DNA of 64,000 nucleotides from an uncultured Polyangiaceae bacterium (GTDB taxonomy: Bacteria; Myxococcota_A; Polyangia; Polyangiales; Polyangiaceae), in contig CAZNZA010000009.1 of NCBI GenBank assembly GCA_964577325.1, forward strand, positions 10,698 to 74,697, read 5' to 3'. Below are positions 46,840-56,433 of this stretch, in pieces. A program made the translations under genes and the position numbers. Below the pieces are notes generated by a model. It searched no databases. It was not told the origin of the DNA and was given only the letters and a program-made list of their open reading frames with translations. Every line of letters starts with the position of its first letter. Positions within the stretch are counted from its first letter, which is position 1.

Positions 46840-48501
46840 ATGGTGGAAAGCGGCAGGCGAATCCTCGCGCGCCCAGGGAGCGGGCCCGACTGCCAGTCCG
46901 GTTCCGCCGCGCGTCCCCTGGTGGCGCCGGCGCTCGCGCGCCTGGCACGAGCGAGTGGACTGGCCTCTGTCACCGCCCTGTCGCCGACCGTAGCGCTGGT
47001 GCTTTCGCTGGCCTTGCTTGCGCCAGCCGCCGTCGCAGCCCCCGCTGCGCTCACGCCTGAACTCGTGCCCCAGACGAACGCCGTTGCCTCGAGTACCGAC
47101 CCTACCTCGTCGACGCCGGAGGCACCCCTTCCGCTCCGCTACGTGCTCGAAGGCATCGCCATATCGGGCAACGAGCGTACCCGGCGGCCCGTCATCTTGC
47201 GCTTTCTGCCCTTCAAGCGGGGTGACGTCCTGAACGTCGATGACCCACGTTTGGAACTCACCCGCTACCGCCTGCTCGGTACCGGCTTCTTTCGCGACGT
47301 CACGCTATCACTGCAGAAGGGTTCGATGCGCGGCAACGTCGTGCTGCACGTAAACGTGGTGGAGCGCAACACGATTGTCGTCAACAACGTGTGGATGGGG
47401 TTGTCGGCAAGCGCCGACACTCGAGGCGAGAACAGCCACGTTTCGTCGTTCGGGGGCGTCGACGTCGCCGAGACGAATCTGTTCGGTTCTGGGATTACGC
47501 TTGGTGTAGCCACAGCATTCTCGGCAGATCAGCAAGCCTACGCACTACGCTTCTTGGAGCCGTCGTTCATGAACGGACCTTGGATGCTCGATGCCGAAGC
47601 GTATCACCATGATGGTCTCGGTTTTTTCGGCAACGCCAACGTGCGGTGGGATGACCCGAGTCAGCTGGACGAGGTTCGCCGCCAAGCGGTCGTGGGATAC
47701 CGACGCAGGGGAATTGCCCTGGGCGTGGGACGGGATCTGAGCGTATCGACGCAGGTGTGGGCCCACTACCGCTTCGACCACCTGCACTCTTCCCCGCCGC
47801 GGGCTGCATCACACGACTACTTCGGTGAGACAGAGCCACTACAGTTCGGCGTACTCAAAGGCGACAGTTTACAATCCACACTCCGACTGAGTCTGTCCCA
47901 CGATACGCGGGATCAGCCCGTACTTCCTACCCGAGGCTGGAATCTGACGGCGTCACTCGAGGTGGGCTTACGCCCCATCGTGAGTGACTATGCCTATCAA
48001 CGCATCGACCTTCGTCTGGCTCAGTACTGGCCCTTGGCTCACGACCATGTCGTCTCTGTCTCGGCATTCGTGGGAGCCATTTCCGGCGACGCCCCTTTCA
48101 TCGACCAATACTATATCGGCGACTTGAGCGATTTCCGTCCCGGACGAGTTTTGGGGTTGGCGTTCGACGACCGGCCAGCCCCGAACTTCCTCGGAACGAG
48201 CATCGCCGAAACGCGCTACGGTGATTACGCCGCCAAGCTGGTGGGAGAGTACCGTATCCCGTTGTACCGGGGTAGGCGTTCGGTTTATGGCGTCGATCTC
48301 TTCGTAAGTGGTGGTGTGTTCGGTTTGTCGAGCCAACGGCAGCTCGACCGCCCTCCCCGCAACAAGCATGGTGCGGCGCTCGTGCCCGTTGACTTGACGG
48401 CAACAGCGGGAGTTTGGCTGGACACGAGTTTGGGCGGCTTCTCCCTGTCCATCTCCAACCTCATCGGTTTCGCACCTTTGGGGCAAGAGGGAGCAAGGTA
48501 A
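46840..48501 (+). CDS. Omp85/BamA-family outer-membrane protein (single POTRA + surface-antigen barrel)
   Basis: 553 aa. POTRA (LRYVLEGIAISGNERTRRPVILRFLPFKRGDVLN). Barrel onset GGVDVAETNLFGSGITLG...YALRFLEPSF. Alternating beta pattern to the C-terminus. Confidence 0.7.
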   Translation: MVESGRRILARPGSGPDCQSGSAARPLVAPALARLARASGLASVTALSPTVALVLSLALLAPAAVAAPAALTPELVPQTNAVASSTDPTSSTPEAPLPLRYVLEGIAISGNERTRRPVILRFLPFKRGDVLNVDDPRLELTRYRLLGTGFFRDVTLSLQKGSMRGNVVLHVNVVERNTIVVNNVWMGLSASADTRGENSHVSSFGGVDVAETNLFGSGITLGVATAFSADQQAYALRFLEPSFMNGPWMLDAEAYHHDGLGFFGNANVRWDDPSQLDEVRRQAVVGYRRRGIALGVGRDLSVSTQVWAHYRFDHLHSSPPRAASHDYFGETEPLQFGVLKGDSLQSTLRLSLSHDTRDQPVLPTRGWNLTASLEVGLRPIVSDYAYQRIDLRLAQYWPLAHDHVVSVSAFVGAISGDAPFIDQYYIGDLSDFRPGRVLGLAFDDRPAPNFLGTSIAETRYGDYAAKLVGEYRIPLYRGRRSVYGVDLFVSGGVFGLSSQRQLDRPPRNKHGAALVPVDLTATAGVWLDTSLGGFSLSISNLIGFAPLGQEGAR

Positions 48502-49211
48502 TGCCCCGCCGCTCGCGCGACGCATGGCGCGCCTTGGTCGCGCTATTGATTGGCATGTCGTTGTCACAGACGTTGCTGGCGCAGAGTACGGGCTCTGGCA
48601 GTGTACCCCTCGGACCTGCGCGGTCGGCAACGCTGGCTTGGCAAACAGCGGGACGCGAGCTCGTGGCGAGCTTCGACTTCAGTGACTTGATAGACGAAGG
48701 CGTGCGCCAGAAGCTGCGCCGCGGGTTGCCCACCCGCATCCTTCTTACGGCCCTGACCTTCCGGGTAGCGTCCGACGACGTCCCAGTGGCATCTACGTAC
48801 CAGAGCTGCAAAGTCACCTGGCACGTGTGGGAGGAGATGTACCAAGTCGAAGTGACTCAACCGTCCGCCACCAAAGCCCGCAGGCACTGGACTCCCTCCC
48901 TCGACGGCGTGTTGCGGCGCTGTGCCGTCGCCAATCACCTTCTGGTCGCCGACTCATCCATGCTCTCATCCGGCGAGGCCGTTTACTTGGAGTCGACTGT
49001 ACGCATCAATCCCCTCGACGAAGCTTTGATGAATAAGCTTCGACAATGGGTCACGCGACCGTCGCGCACGACGACAGCCGCGCCAGGCAGTGCTCTATTC
49101 AGCACGTTCACGGGGCTGTTCATGCAGCGCATTGGGGACGCTGAAAAGACGTTCCGCTTCCGTACTCATCCCAGCGTACCCTTGGTGCTCGTGTCGTCAG
49201 CAACTCAGTGA
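48501..49211 (+). CDS. Hypothetical secreted protein coupled to the Omp85 gene (DUF4390-like?)
   Basis: ATG 48501 overlaps the Omp85 stop (TAATG). Signal peptide ALVALLIGMSLSQTLLAQS. The resemblance to DUF4390 is only an impression. Confidence 0.45.
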   Translation: MPRRSRDAWRALVALLIGMSLSQTLLAQSTGSGSVPLGPARSATLAWQTAGRELVASFDFSDLIDEGVRQKLRRGLPTRILLTALTFRVASDDVPVASTYQSCKVTWHVWEEMYQVEVTQPSATKARRHWTPSLDGVLRRCAVANHLLVADSSMLSSGEAVYLESTVRINPLDEALMNKLRQWVTRPSRTTTAAPGSALFSTFTGLFMQRIGDAEKTFRFRTHPSVPLVLVSSATQ

Positions 49212-49217
49212 CGGCGT

Positions 49218-49871
49218 TCATTCGAACTCGGGCATCAACTGCATGGGGTCGGGCGCAGGGTAACTCGCGAGCATGGCGAGCACGTAGTAACGATAGCGGT
49301 GAATGATGGTGTCCCACGGAATGTCTCCGATGGCGCGCTTCACACACGTGGCTGCCGCTTTGGCCTGCGGCCCCTTCCAGCTCCCGCTCGCGCCTGGGAA
49401 TACGTTGACGTGCTTGCCGGTGAAGTCGATGGTCAACACGTAGTTGATGGTGCCCTCCTTACCGGTGCGGGGCGCACAGTCAGTGCTCTCGCGAATGGCC
49501 TGTTCGAACTTTGCTTCGAGCACTGGCAATCGATCGCACAGCGGACCTTCGTTGCCATCTCGGTTCGCTGCTGCGCTGCACTTGATGCGCTGCACCGCGC
49601 CAATGGAAATATTCGTTTCGGGCGGTCCCGCATCCACGGTGGTGCGGATCAGCCGCGAGCGCTTGGCAGCGCTCAACGCCTCGGCCGTCTCGGCAGGTGG
49701 GCCTGCTGGCTTGCGCAGAAAGTACAACGGCACGGCCACGATCAACAAAATGACGACGCTCGCGACGACGAGCTGTGCCTTGAGCGGGCGGTCCCCTCCA
49801 CTGCCGCCAACTCCCAGTCGCCGCAAGTTGGGTTCACTGGGGGCTGGAAAGGAGGGTCGTGAAGAAGCCAT
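49218..49871 (-). CDS. Hypothetical membrane-anchored periplasmic protein
   Basis: 217 aa. One TM (LVVASVVILLIVAVPLYF). Cys-containing C-terminal domain of about 110 aa. No firm family. Confidence 0.45.
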   Translation of the reverse strand: MASSRPSFPAPSEPNLRRLGVGGSGGDRPLKAQLVVASVVILLIVAVPLYFLRKPAGPPAETAEALSAAKRSRLIRTTVDAGPPETNISIGAVQRIKCSAAANRDGNEGPLCDRLPVLEAKFEQAIRESTDCAPRTGKEGTINYVLTIDFTGKHVNVFPGASGSWKGPQAKAAATCVKRAIGDIPWDTIIHRYRYYVLAMLASYPAPDPMQLMPEFE

Positions 49872-50050
49872 GTTCCGTTACCGCTGAGGAGCCTGGAATT
49901 CGTCAGCTCGTCCGCTGCGAGCCGCCCACCCACATCGCCTGATTGAACGAAGAAGTCTACTGGGGCACGCCTCTCAGGGAGCGCGACAGCCGTAACACAG
50001 ACTGTCACACGCGTCACGGGTGGCGTGGCCGCCACATCGACGATTGCGCG

Positions 50051-51769
50051 TCATCCGCCAAACAAAGTGTCGACGGACATACGCGGCTGCGCCTGGGCGA
50101 TTCTTGCAACGAGTGTCAAAGATTCGGGGATGGAGCCTTGAACCTGAGACACCACCTGTTCCACGACGTGGCGCACTTCCTCCGTGCTGGGTCCAGTCAT
50201 GACGACCCCGAAGCTCAATGGTCCAGTATGTCCCGCCGTAACCGGAATGATGCTGAGCAGCAGTACCTCTGTCAGCTCGATGACGCGCTGAGCGGCGCGG
50301 CGCAGAGCGAGCATCTCCGTTATCGTGGGTCGCTCCGAAGCGGGGTGATTCGGGCTCCGGATCTCATAGATGGCGATGTGCATCGGCACCCCATCCCACT
50401 CAGCGAAGCTGAGTTCCTCTTTCGTGGCAGCTCTGAACTCCGGACGATGCAGCAAACCTGTCAATCCGTTTCTCTGACGCAAGTACTCTTGCGCCCGTCG
50501 ATGCTGAGGCGATTCGCCATCGAAGCTCACGAGCTTGACGCGACACTCTCCTAACTGCACCTCCCCGCCGTGTAGAAGAGTCACCGCAGCCTTGCGCTCG
50601 TAGCTATGGTCGGCATAGGTGCCGTTCGTACTGTTGGCGTCTTCGATGGACCATGAGCCGGACTGCCAGCGCAGCGTCGCATGCTTGCCCGACACCGTGG
50701 GTTCGGGAATGCATAGGTGTTGATCGCTCCGCCGCCCCAGCGTCAGCTCTGGCCGATTCAAGGGATAGATCCGCCCCGCCAGATCCTTGGCGTTACTGGC
50801 AAAGGTTACCAGTAGCGACTGAGCCCCCGGCGTAAAGGTCTGAGCGACGGTACGACCCAACGGAGGCCCCGGCGAGATGCGCTCGCGGGGGATCTGCGCC
50901 TGGCTCGTGGTTAAGGCCATGGGGTTGAAGAAGCGCAGACGACGCGCCCGCGGCCGCTGCCTGGGATCCTCGCTCAGCGCCCGATAGATCTGTTTGACCT
51001 CGTCGATCGACAACCCTGAGGGCACGTCGAACATGATCTGCACGCGCATTGGCTTTGCCCGCGGCCGGTATCCCGGCTCCGGCACCCGGCAGGTCCACAT
51101 CTCGAGCAACGTCAGGCCCAGCGCGTAGATGTCATCCTCCATGCTGGCCCCGCCGGAGCGGAGGCGTTCGGGAGCCATGTAGTTGGGCGTGCCGCCGTCG
51201 GGTGGTGCGCCCGGCCGTCGCGCACTCAGCCGCGCTCTCTCTTGCGCAAATCCGAAGTCCAGGATGACGGCGCGGTCCGGAGTGACCATCACGTTGCCGG
51301 GCTTCAGATCACCATGCACCAAACCCTGCGCGTGAATGGCTGCAAGGCCCGCCGAAGCCTCGCTAGCAATCTTGCGGAACTCGTCGGCCGTGTAGCCCCC
51401 CTGTGCCTTCTTACGCCGTATGTGGGTGTGCAGGGTGGTACCCTGGATGTGTTCCATCACCAGGATGGGCCCCCAAGGACTGGGGGTCAGATCGTGGACG
51501 CGGCAGACGTTGGGATGACTGACGGAACGGGCGAGCAAGAGTTCTTGACGCAATGCTTCGTCGTCGCCAGGCATACGCGACTCTTCGCGCACGACCTTGA
51601 ACGCACACGCCTGCTGCGTACTGCGATCCCACGCGGCAAACACCTCGCCCATCCCGCCCTTTCCCAGACTTTCGCGGATCTCGTAGCGGTCGTTGACGAC
51701 CGTACCTGGAATCAAGGGCGGCTTGGTTTTGGGCTGTGGCATCCGTCGTGACGAGTCGAGCGAGGGCAT
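50051..51769 (-). CDS. Ser/Thr protein kinase - FHA - degenerate GGDEF-like fusion
   Basis: Kinase: GKGGMGEVFAA, AFKVV, HGDLKPGNVMV, DFGFA, YMAPER. FHA: LTLGRRSDQHLCIPEPTVSGKHATLRW...DANSTNGTY. C-terminus: RNGLTGLLHRPEF (the DxLTGLxNR of GGDEF domains), but the GGDEF position reads PLSFG. The start is uncertain (51769, 51742 or upstream). Confidence 0.8.
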   Translation of the reverse strand: MPSLDSSRRMPQPKTKPPLIPGTVVNDRYEIRESLGKGGMGEVFAAWDRSTQQACAFKVVREESRMPGDDEALRQELLLARSVSHPNVCRVHDLTPSPWGPILVMEHIQGTTLHTHIRRKKAQGGYTADEFRKIASEASAGLAAIHAQGLVHGDLKPGNVMVTPDRAVILDFGFAQERARLSARRPGAPPDGGTPNYMAPERLRSGGASMEDDIYALGLTLLEMWTCRVPEPGYRPRAKPMRVQIMFDVPSGLSIDEVKQIYRALSEDPRQRPRARRLRFFNPMALTTSQAQIPRERISPGPPLGRTVAQTFTPGAQSLLVTFASNAKDLAGRIYPLNRPELTLGRRSDQHLCIPEPTVSGKHATLRWQSGSWSIEDANSTNGTYADHSYERKAAVTLLHGGEVQLGECRVKLVSFDGESPQHRRAQEYLRQRNGLTGLLHRPEFRAATKEELSFAEWDGVPMHIAIYEIRSPNHPASERPTITEMLALRRAAQRVIELTEVLLLSIIPVTAGHTGPLSFGVVMTGPSTEEVRHVVEQVVSQVQGSIPESLTLVARIAQAQPRMSVDTLFGG

Positions 51770-52023
51770 CGGGCACGGCCAACGGCGGGTCCCGCTCAGA
51801 AAAGAGCCTACAGACTCGTCGATTTGCCTGGGTTTCGCAATCGAGGAAGTGGGTGACACAACGGCCTGCATCGACCCCATGGCCAGCGGGCGCCAACGAC
51901 CACGAGCGGGTGTGGTTCTTCGTGAAACGTCTGCGCTCTCCGGTGTTGATTCAAGTTGACACAATGCGCAAAATCGCGGGCTCCGGCCTCGACAGAAGGA
52001 AGATTCGCGCAATACTGAAAAAC

Positions 52024-52293
52024 ATGCTCCGCTCCGTCGCTCTTCTCGCTCTCGCCGTGACGATAGGGGCTTGTGCTTCGTCCCAATCGCAAACACCTGA
52101 GCATCCACGCAGCCGCATCGCCAAGCGCGTGGACACCAACAGCGACCAAGAAGAGACGAATTCCGAAAAGCGAGAGCGGCTCATCGCCCCCCCACCAGCG
52201 TACGGAAATCGAGTGGTCGAGGTGCTCATTCCGCTGGGACAGGGGATCGACGCGCGCGCGTGTTCGACACCGGAGGTGCCCTGCCCGAGTTGA
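52024..52293 (+). CDS. Small hypothetical lipoprotein
   Basis: 89 aa from ATG 52024. MLRSVALLALAVTIGACASS lipobox. Divergent from the kinase-FHA gene. It is the inner part of ORF 51736-52293. Confidence 0.4.
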   Translation: MLRSVALLALAVTIGACASSQSQTPEHPRSRIAKRVDTNSDQEETNSEKRERLIAPPPAYGNRVVEVLIPLGQGIDARACSTPEVPCPS

Positions 52294-52316
52294 GGATTCG
52301 GCTACCGTTTCGGCGT

Positions 52317-53426
52317 TCACTCCACACACAGCGAGGTCCTCGCCCAGGCAAAGCCTCCTCGATTGTCCCTCACCGCCGCCCAGATCAGCGCCGGACCGGC
52401 CTGTTCCGCCGAGAGGTAGCTCGTCTCGGGATTGGGTCGAAACCCGGCCTCGATATCATTCACCAAAACCACGTCGGATGTAAAGCTGCCACGGTCAGTG
52501 TGATAGTTCACCCACATCGGCTCTGGTGCCCCCTCCCCGCCCAACGCCAGGGGTGCGTCTTGGTCGACGCTTTGGGGATCGACCACCACCGCGACATCGA
52601 CGGCCGGACAAGACTGACGCAAGTCACCACTGCGACAGCGTGGAATGCGGGGCGCGCCCTTAGGACAAGCGCGCTCGGGATTGGCTTCAACGGGCTCGCA
52701 TTCTTCGTTGATGCACACCGCGGAGCGAGGTAGCTGCCGACCACTGAGCCGCAATCCGGTAATCTCCGGGATGCGGTTCTGCTGATCTTCGTAAGTATAC
52801 ACAGGGCTGAAACCAGCTACGAAGTCACGCGGGCCCAAGCGAGTTCCGTCTTCATCGTGGCATGAGACTGGAAACGCCCCTCCGCTCGAATCTGGGCGCA
52901 ACTCTCCTGCGCAGACAGCGAAGAAAACGAAACTCACGGCATACGGTGCCGCATCCGAGACGGCGGATGGCGGTCTGTCGTCGATGATATCGGGGTCGAT
53001 CTTGGTTTGGAACGTGTCGCTGAATCCGAACGTTATCCCTGCGCGCTGCAGTTGCTCCGCCAACTCGTCCAGCTCTTCCGGTGAAGTAGGATTTTCCAGG
53101 ATGGCGCCCAAATTAGAAGCGACGTCGGCGAACACAGCCAGACATCCTTGGTAGGTATCGCCCGGCGGGTTATCGCACCCAGCCAACCAGAAGTAAGAGC
53201 GTTGCCGCTCGCCTCCTTGCGGTGTTCCAGTATCGTGCACCACCATGCGAAAGGTGACCGTGTCTCCCGGGCGAGCGATGGGTCTGTCCTTTTGCACACC
53301 CAACACGCGCAGACCGTCGATCTGCCCCACTGAGTCGAACTCTACGCCGCAGCCAAGCAATGCTGCGGCAGTGAGAAAGCTGCACAGAGCGCGTCTGGCC
53401 GAAATTGCTCGCGTTGTAGTTCCCAT
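52317..53426 (-). CDS. Cys-rich hypothetical lipoprotein coupled to the TonB-dependent receptor
   Basis: ATG 53426 overlaps the receptor stop (TGATG). Leader LTAAALLGCGVE. About 12 Cys in the mature part. No family recognised. Confidence 0.5.
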   Translation of the reverse strand: MGTTTRAISARRALCSFLTAAALLGCGVEFDSVGQIDGLRVLGVQKDRPIARPGDTVTFRMVVHDTGTPQGGERQRSYFWLAGCDNPPGDTYQGCLAVFADVASNLGAILENPTSPEELDELAEQLQRAGITFGFSDTFQTKIDPDIIDDRPPSAVSDAAPYAVSFVFFAVCAGELRPDSSGGAFPVSCHDEDGTRLGPRDFVAGFSPVYTYEDQQNRIPEITGLRLSGRQLPRSAVCINEECEPVEANPERACPKGAPRIPRCRSGDLRQSCPAVDVAVVVDPQSVDQDAPLALGGEGAPEPMWVNYHTDRGSFTSDVVLVNDIEAGFRPNPETSYLSAEQAGPALIWAAVRDNRGGFAWARTSLCVE

Positions 53427-56254
53427 CAGAACTCTCCTCGCAGTCCCAGGCTGGGCACAATCGGCAGGCCCGTCTGGTAGCTGACCGCGCTGTAGTCGAA
53501 GTTGTACTGTAAGCCTTCTACTGCCATGTTGTTGTAGGCATTCCAGACGTCGAGATAGCCGCTGAAGCGCCAATCGACGAACTGCCAGGCCTTTTCGAGC
53601 CGGACATCCAACTGGTGAAAAAGCGGGAGTCGCTGGCTGAATGCCTCACCTTGAAGTGGTGCATAAGAGCCGGTATCCGCGTTGTAGAAGGCGGAGAGAT
53701 TGGGGAAACGCTGTACTGGCGTTGCTAGGTTACCCGACACGACGCGAAAGCGTGCGCCAATCTCCCAACCATCACCCAATTTGTAGCTGCCCAACACGAT
53801 CAAGTTGTGGGTTTGGTCGAACTGAAACGAATACTCGCGTTCATCCGGCCGATCTCGTCGAGTGCTCTTCGATAAGGTATACGCGATCCAGCCAAAGGTT
53901 CTGGCGTCAGCCTTGTACTTGAGTAGCAGCTCCGCTCCGAGCACTCTGCCCGTTCCCTCGTTCGTGTACTGTTCCAGGTACCCAGGCACGACTTGCCGGT
54001 CGAGATCCTTCCAGTAACCCTCGACAGACACCTCTACCTGTTCTGTCAGTTCCTGCTCCAGGCCTAGTGTGGCGTGTAAGGCCCGGTTGCTCTGCAACCC
54101 AGGCGTCCCGAATACGACGTTCGTCTGTTGGAACTCCGGTGGTTTGTAGAAGTAGCCCAAGCCAGCTTTGAGGGTCGTCTTGCGCACGTCTCCACCTACC
54201 TCGTCGGCGTCTGCGGGAGCCCCGCGAAGCAGGTAGCGGCCGTTGATGCGCGGACTGAGGTCGACGTTGCCACTGTCGCGGGAGTAGTCCACTCGAAAGC
54301 CCGGAACGAGTTGCAGACGGGCTGACGGCTGCAACTCCGCCTCCGCGTACCAGCCTGGCCTGAAGATGGCGCTCTTCTCTGTGCTTTCCAGCAAAGGTTG
54401 AGCGCTCAATGGACCGGACGAAGGCTGGCCAGGCGAGCTTGGCATGGGCGCGCGTACCGAAACCTCATAGGGGGCTGCCCATAGATCAATCCCGGCGTTG
54501 ATGCGAGCCCCGGCGAGGATATCGAAACCAAATTCCGTTCGCAGCTCCACAGGATAGGTGTCGATTGCAAACGATAGCGGGCCAAGCCCGAAACTAACAA
54601 CGTCGCGCCCGACGGCCAAGGTACTGTTTAGCTCGACCGAGTTCGTGAGCTGGTGCTGGTAAACGACTTGGCCCCGATAGAACGCAGTGGCGAATTGGAC
54701 GGTGCCAGAGAAGGCGGCGTCCTGAGCCGATGGATTGTTGAGCAACACCTTCAAGCCGTCGTCACTCCCATAGAACTGAAAGCGCAGCTTCTGCTCCGCG
54801 TCGGGCTCATACTCGACGAAGGCTTGATAGTCGTAGTACACGGGCGCTGCGGTCACCCCCGCGCCTGCGGCCTCGAGTGCCGGACCCAACCAAGCGTCCA
54901 GCCAACTGCGACGCCCTCCCACGGCAAAGCTCCAGTCTTCGGCTATCGGGCCTTGGAGCAGAATACGCGTATCGATTAAGTCGACCTGGGCGAGGCCATG
55001 AAAACAATTCGCCGTATCCTTGGCTGCGGGAAGTGGATTACCGTAGTCGCCGGTACATTGAGTGTTCGGCGAGCGCAGCCCCACGTCGACGACGCCGCCG
55101 GTGACTCGGCCGTAGCGAGCGCTGAAGTTGCCGGGGTAGAAGTCGATGCGGTCCAGCAACTCGGTGGGAACGACACTAGACAAGCCTCCGAAGTGGTAAA
55201 CGATGGGTACGAGGGCGCCATCGAAAAAGATGTTGGTGTCCTGGGGCGACGAACCGCGAACGATGAGCAGTCCCGCCAAACCTGGTGGTCGAGCGATACC
55301 AGGCAAGCTTTGAATGGCGCGCAGCGCATCACCGCCCGTACCCGGTACCTTGGTGATTTCTCGCCGTTGCAGTGTGCGTCGGGTCACCTCACGAGGCAGC
55401 GCGGCGCCCTCCACGATGACCTCGATTCCTTCGCTGACTTCGCTCAAGCGGTACGTCACCTCGGTCGCCTGGCCCTGCACGACCACCTCAGAAACGCTCA
55501 ACGCCTGAAAGCCATCTGCCTCAGCCGTGACGCGGTAATCCCCGGGTGGCAATTCACCCGCGTCGAATCGCCCGTCAACGTCGGTGTACACTTCCGTCGG
55601 CGTGCCCTCGGCGTTCACTATCTCCAGACGAGCACCTGCCAACGGGACGTCGGGGCCAGCCACCAACACTCGACCCTCGAGTATTCCCAAACGGGCGTCG
55701 GCCTCAGCCGCTACCTCACGGGGAGCAGTGTCGCCGCCAGGATCAGCCTGCCGCAGTGAAGGCAATTGAAAGCGATACAGGTAATCGATGGTGGCTGGTA
55801 TGGCACGACCGTCACGCTGCGTCGGTGTGAAGACGAAACCTTGGACGGCGGCGAGCGCGGCTTCGTCGAAACCCTCGCCGGCAGCCTCGACGACTCGAGC
55901 ATCGTTCACGCTGCCGTCTGCGCCCACGGTTACCCTCAGCAAAACCTCTGCTTCGAGCCCATTCCGTTGTGCGGCTTCGGGATAAACAGCATCGGGGGCG
56001 TATATCAGACGCGGTGGAACGATGACCGGCTGCTGGGCCACGGGGTCTGATTGAGATAGCGCAGACTCAGCTTTCGCCGGCTCAGACGGTACAGGCACAG
56101 AAGCTGGGGACGGCGACGCGGGTGTCGACGATTGCGCCAAAGCCCCCAAAGCCCATGTGCCGATCACCGTCGCACAGGCGTTGAGGGAGACCAGACGGTG
56201 AAAACGAGCGACCGACGATTCCGTCGTGGATCGAGGCACGAGCTTTGACACCAT
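53426..56254 (-). CDS. TonB-dependent receptor (Oar-like) with N-terminal TonB_C and carboxypeptidase-regulatory-like domains
   Basis: Signal peptide from ATG 56254. TonB_C-like PPRLIYAPDAVYPEAAQRNGLEAEVLLRVTVGADGSVNDARVVEAAGEGFDEAALAAVQGFVFTP. CarboxypepD_reg (LEGRVLVAG...GDYRVTAEADGF). Plug (GDALRAIQSLPGIA). Long barrel ending ...PSLGLRGEF. Confidence 0.8.
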   Translation of the reverse strand: MVSKLVPRSTTESSVARFHRLVSLNACATVIGTWALGALAQSSTPASPSPASVPVPSEPAKAESALSQSDPVAQQPVIVPPRLIYAPDAVYPEAAQRNGLEAEVLLRVTVGADGSVNDARVVEAAGEGFDEAALAAVQGFVFTPTQRDGRAIPATIDYLYRFQLPSLRQADPGGDTAPREVAAEADARLGILEGRVLVAGPDVPLAGARLEIVNAEGTPTEVYTDVDGRFDAGELPPGDYRVTAEADGFQALSVSEVVVQGQATEVTYRLSEVSEGIEVIVEGAALPREVTRRTLQRREITKVPGTGGDALRAIQSLPGIARPPGLAGLLIVRGSSPQDTNIFFDGALVPIVYHFGGLSSVVPTELLDRIDFYPGNFSARYGRVTGGVVDVGLRSPNTQCTGDYGNPLPAAKDTANCFHGLAQVDLIDTRILLQGPIAEDWSFAVGGRRSWLDAWLGPALEAAGAGVTAAPVYYDYQAFVEYEPDAEQKLRFQFYGSDDGLKVLLNNPSAQDAAFSGTVQFATAFYRGQVVYQHQLTNSVELNSTLAVGRDVVSFGLGPLSFAIDTYPVELRTEFGFDILAGARINAGIDLWAAPYEVSVRAPMPSSPGQPSSGPLSAQPLLESTEKSAIFRPGWYAEAELQPSARLQLVPGFRVDYSRDSGNVDLSPRINGRYLLRGAPADADEVGGDVRKTTLKAGLGYFYKPPEFQQTNVVFGTPGLQSNRALHATLGLEQELTEQVEVSVEGYWKDLDRQVVPGYLEQYTNEGTGRVLGAELLLKYKADARTFGWIAYTLSKSTRRDRPDEREYSFQFDQTHNLIVLGSYKLGDGWEIGARFRVVSGNLATPVQRFPNLSAFYNADTGSYAPLQGEAFSQRLPLFHQLDVRLEKAWQFVDWRFSGYLDVWNAYNNMAVEGLQYNFDYSAVSYQTGLPIVPSLGLRGEF

Positions 56255-56433
56255 TGACGCTGCTAGCGCGGCCCGGCTCCCGTTCACAAGCCTTAGCTCG
56301 CTACCACTTCTGGGGCCCGTGACGATCGGCCGCTCGGTCGCTGAGTGGCGACGATGCCAGCACTCGGTCGGATGACAGCGCTCGGGCACTCAGCCTTGTC
56401 ACCGGCCGGCGCAGCCGCTACGTCGCGTCTGCC

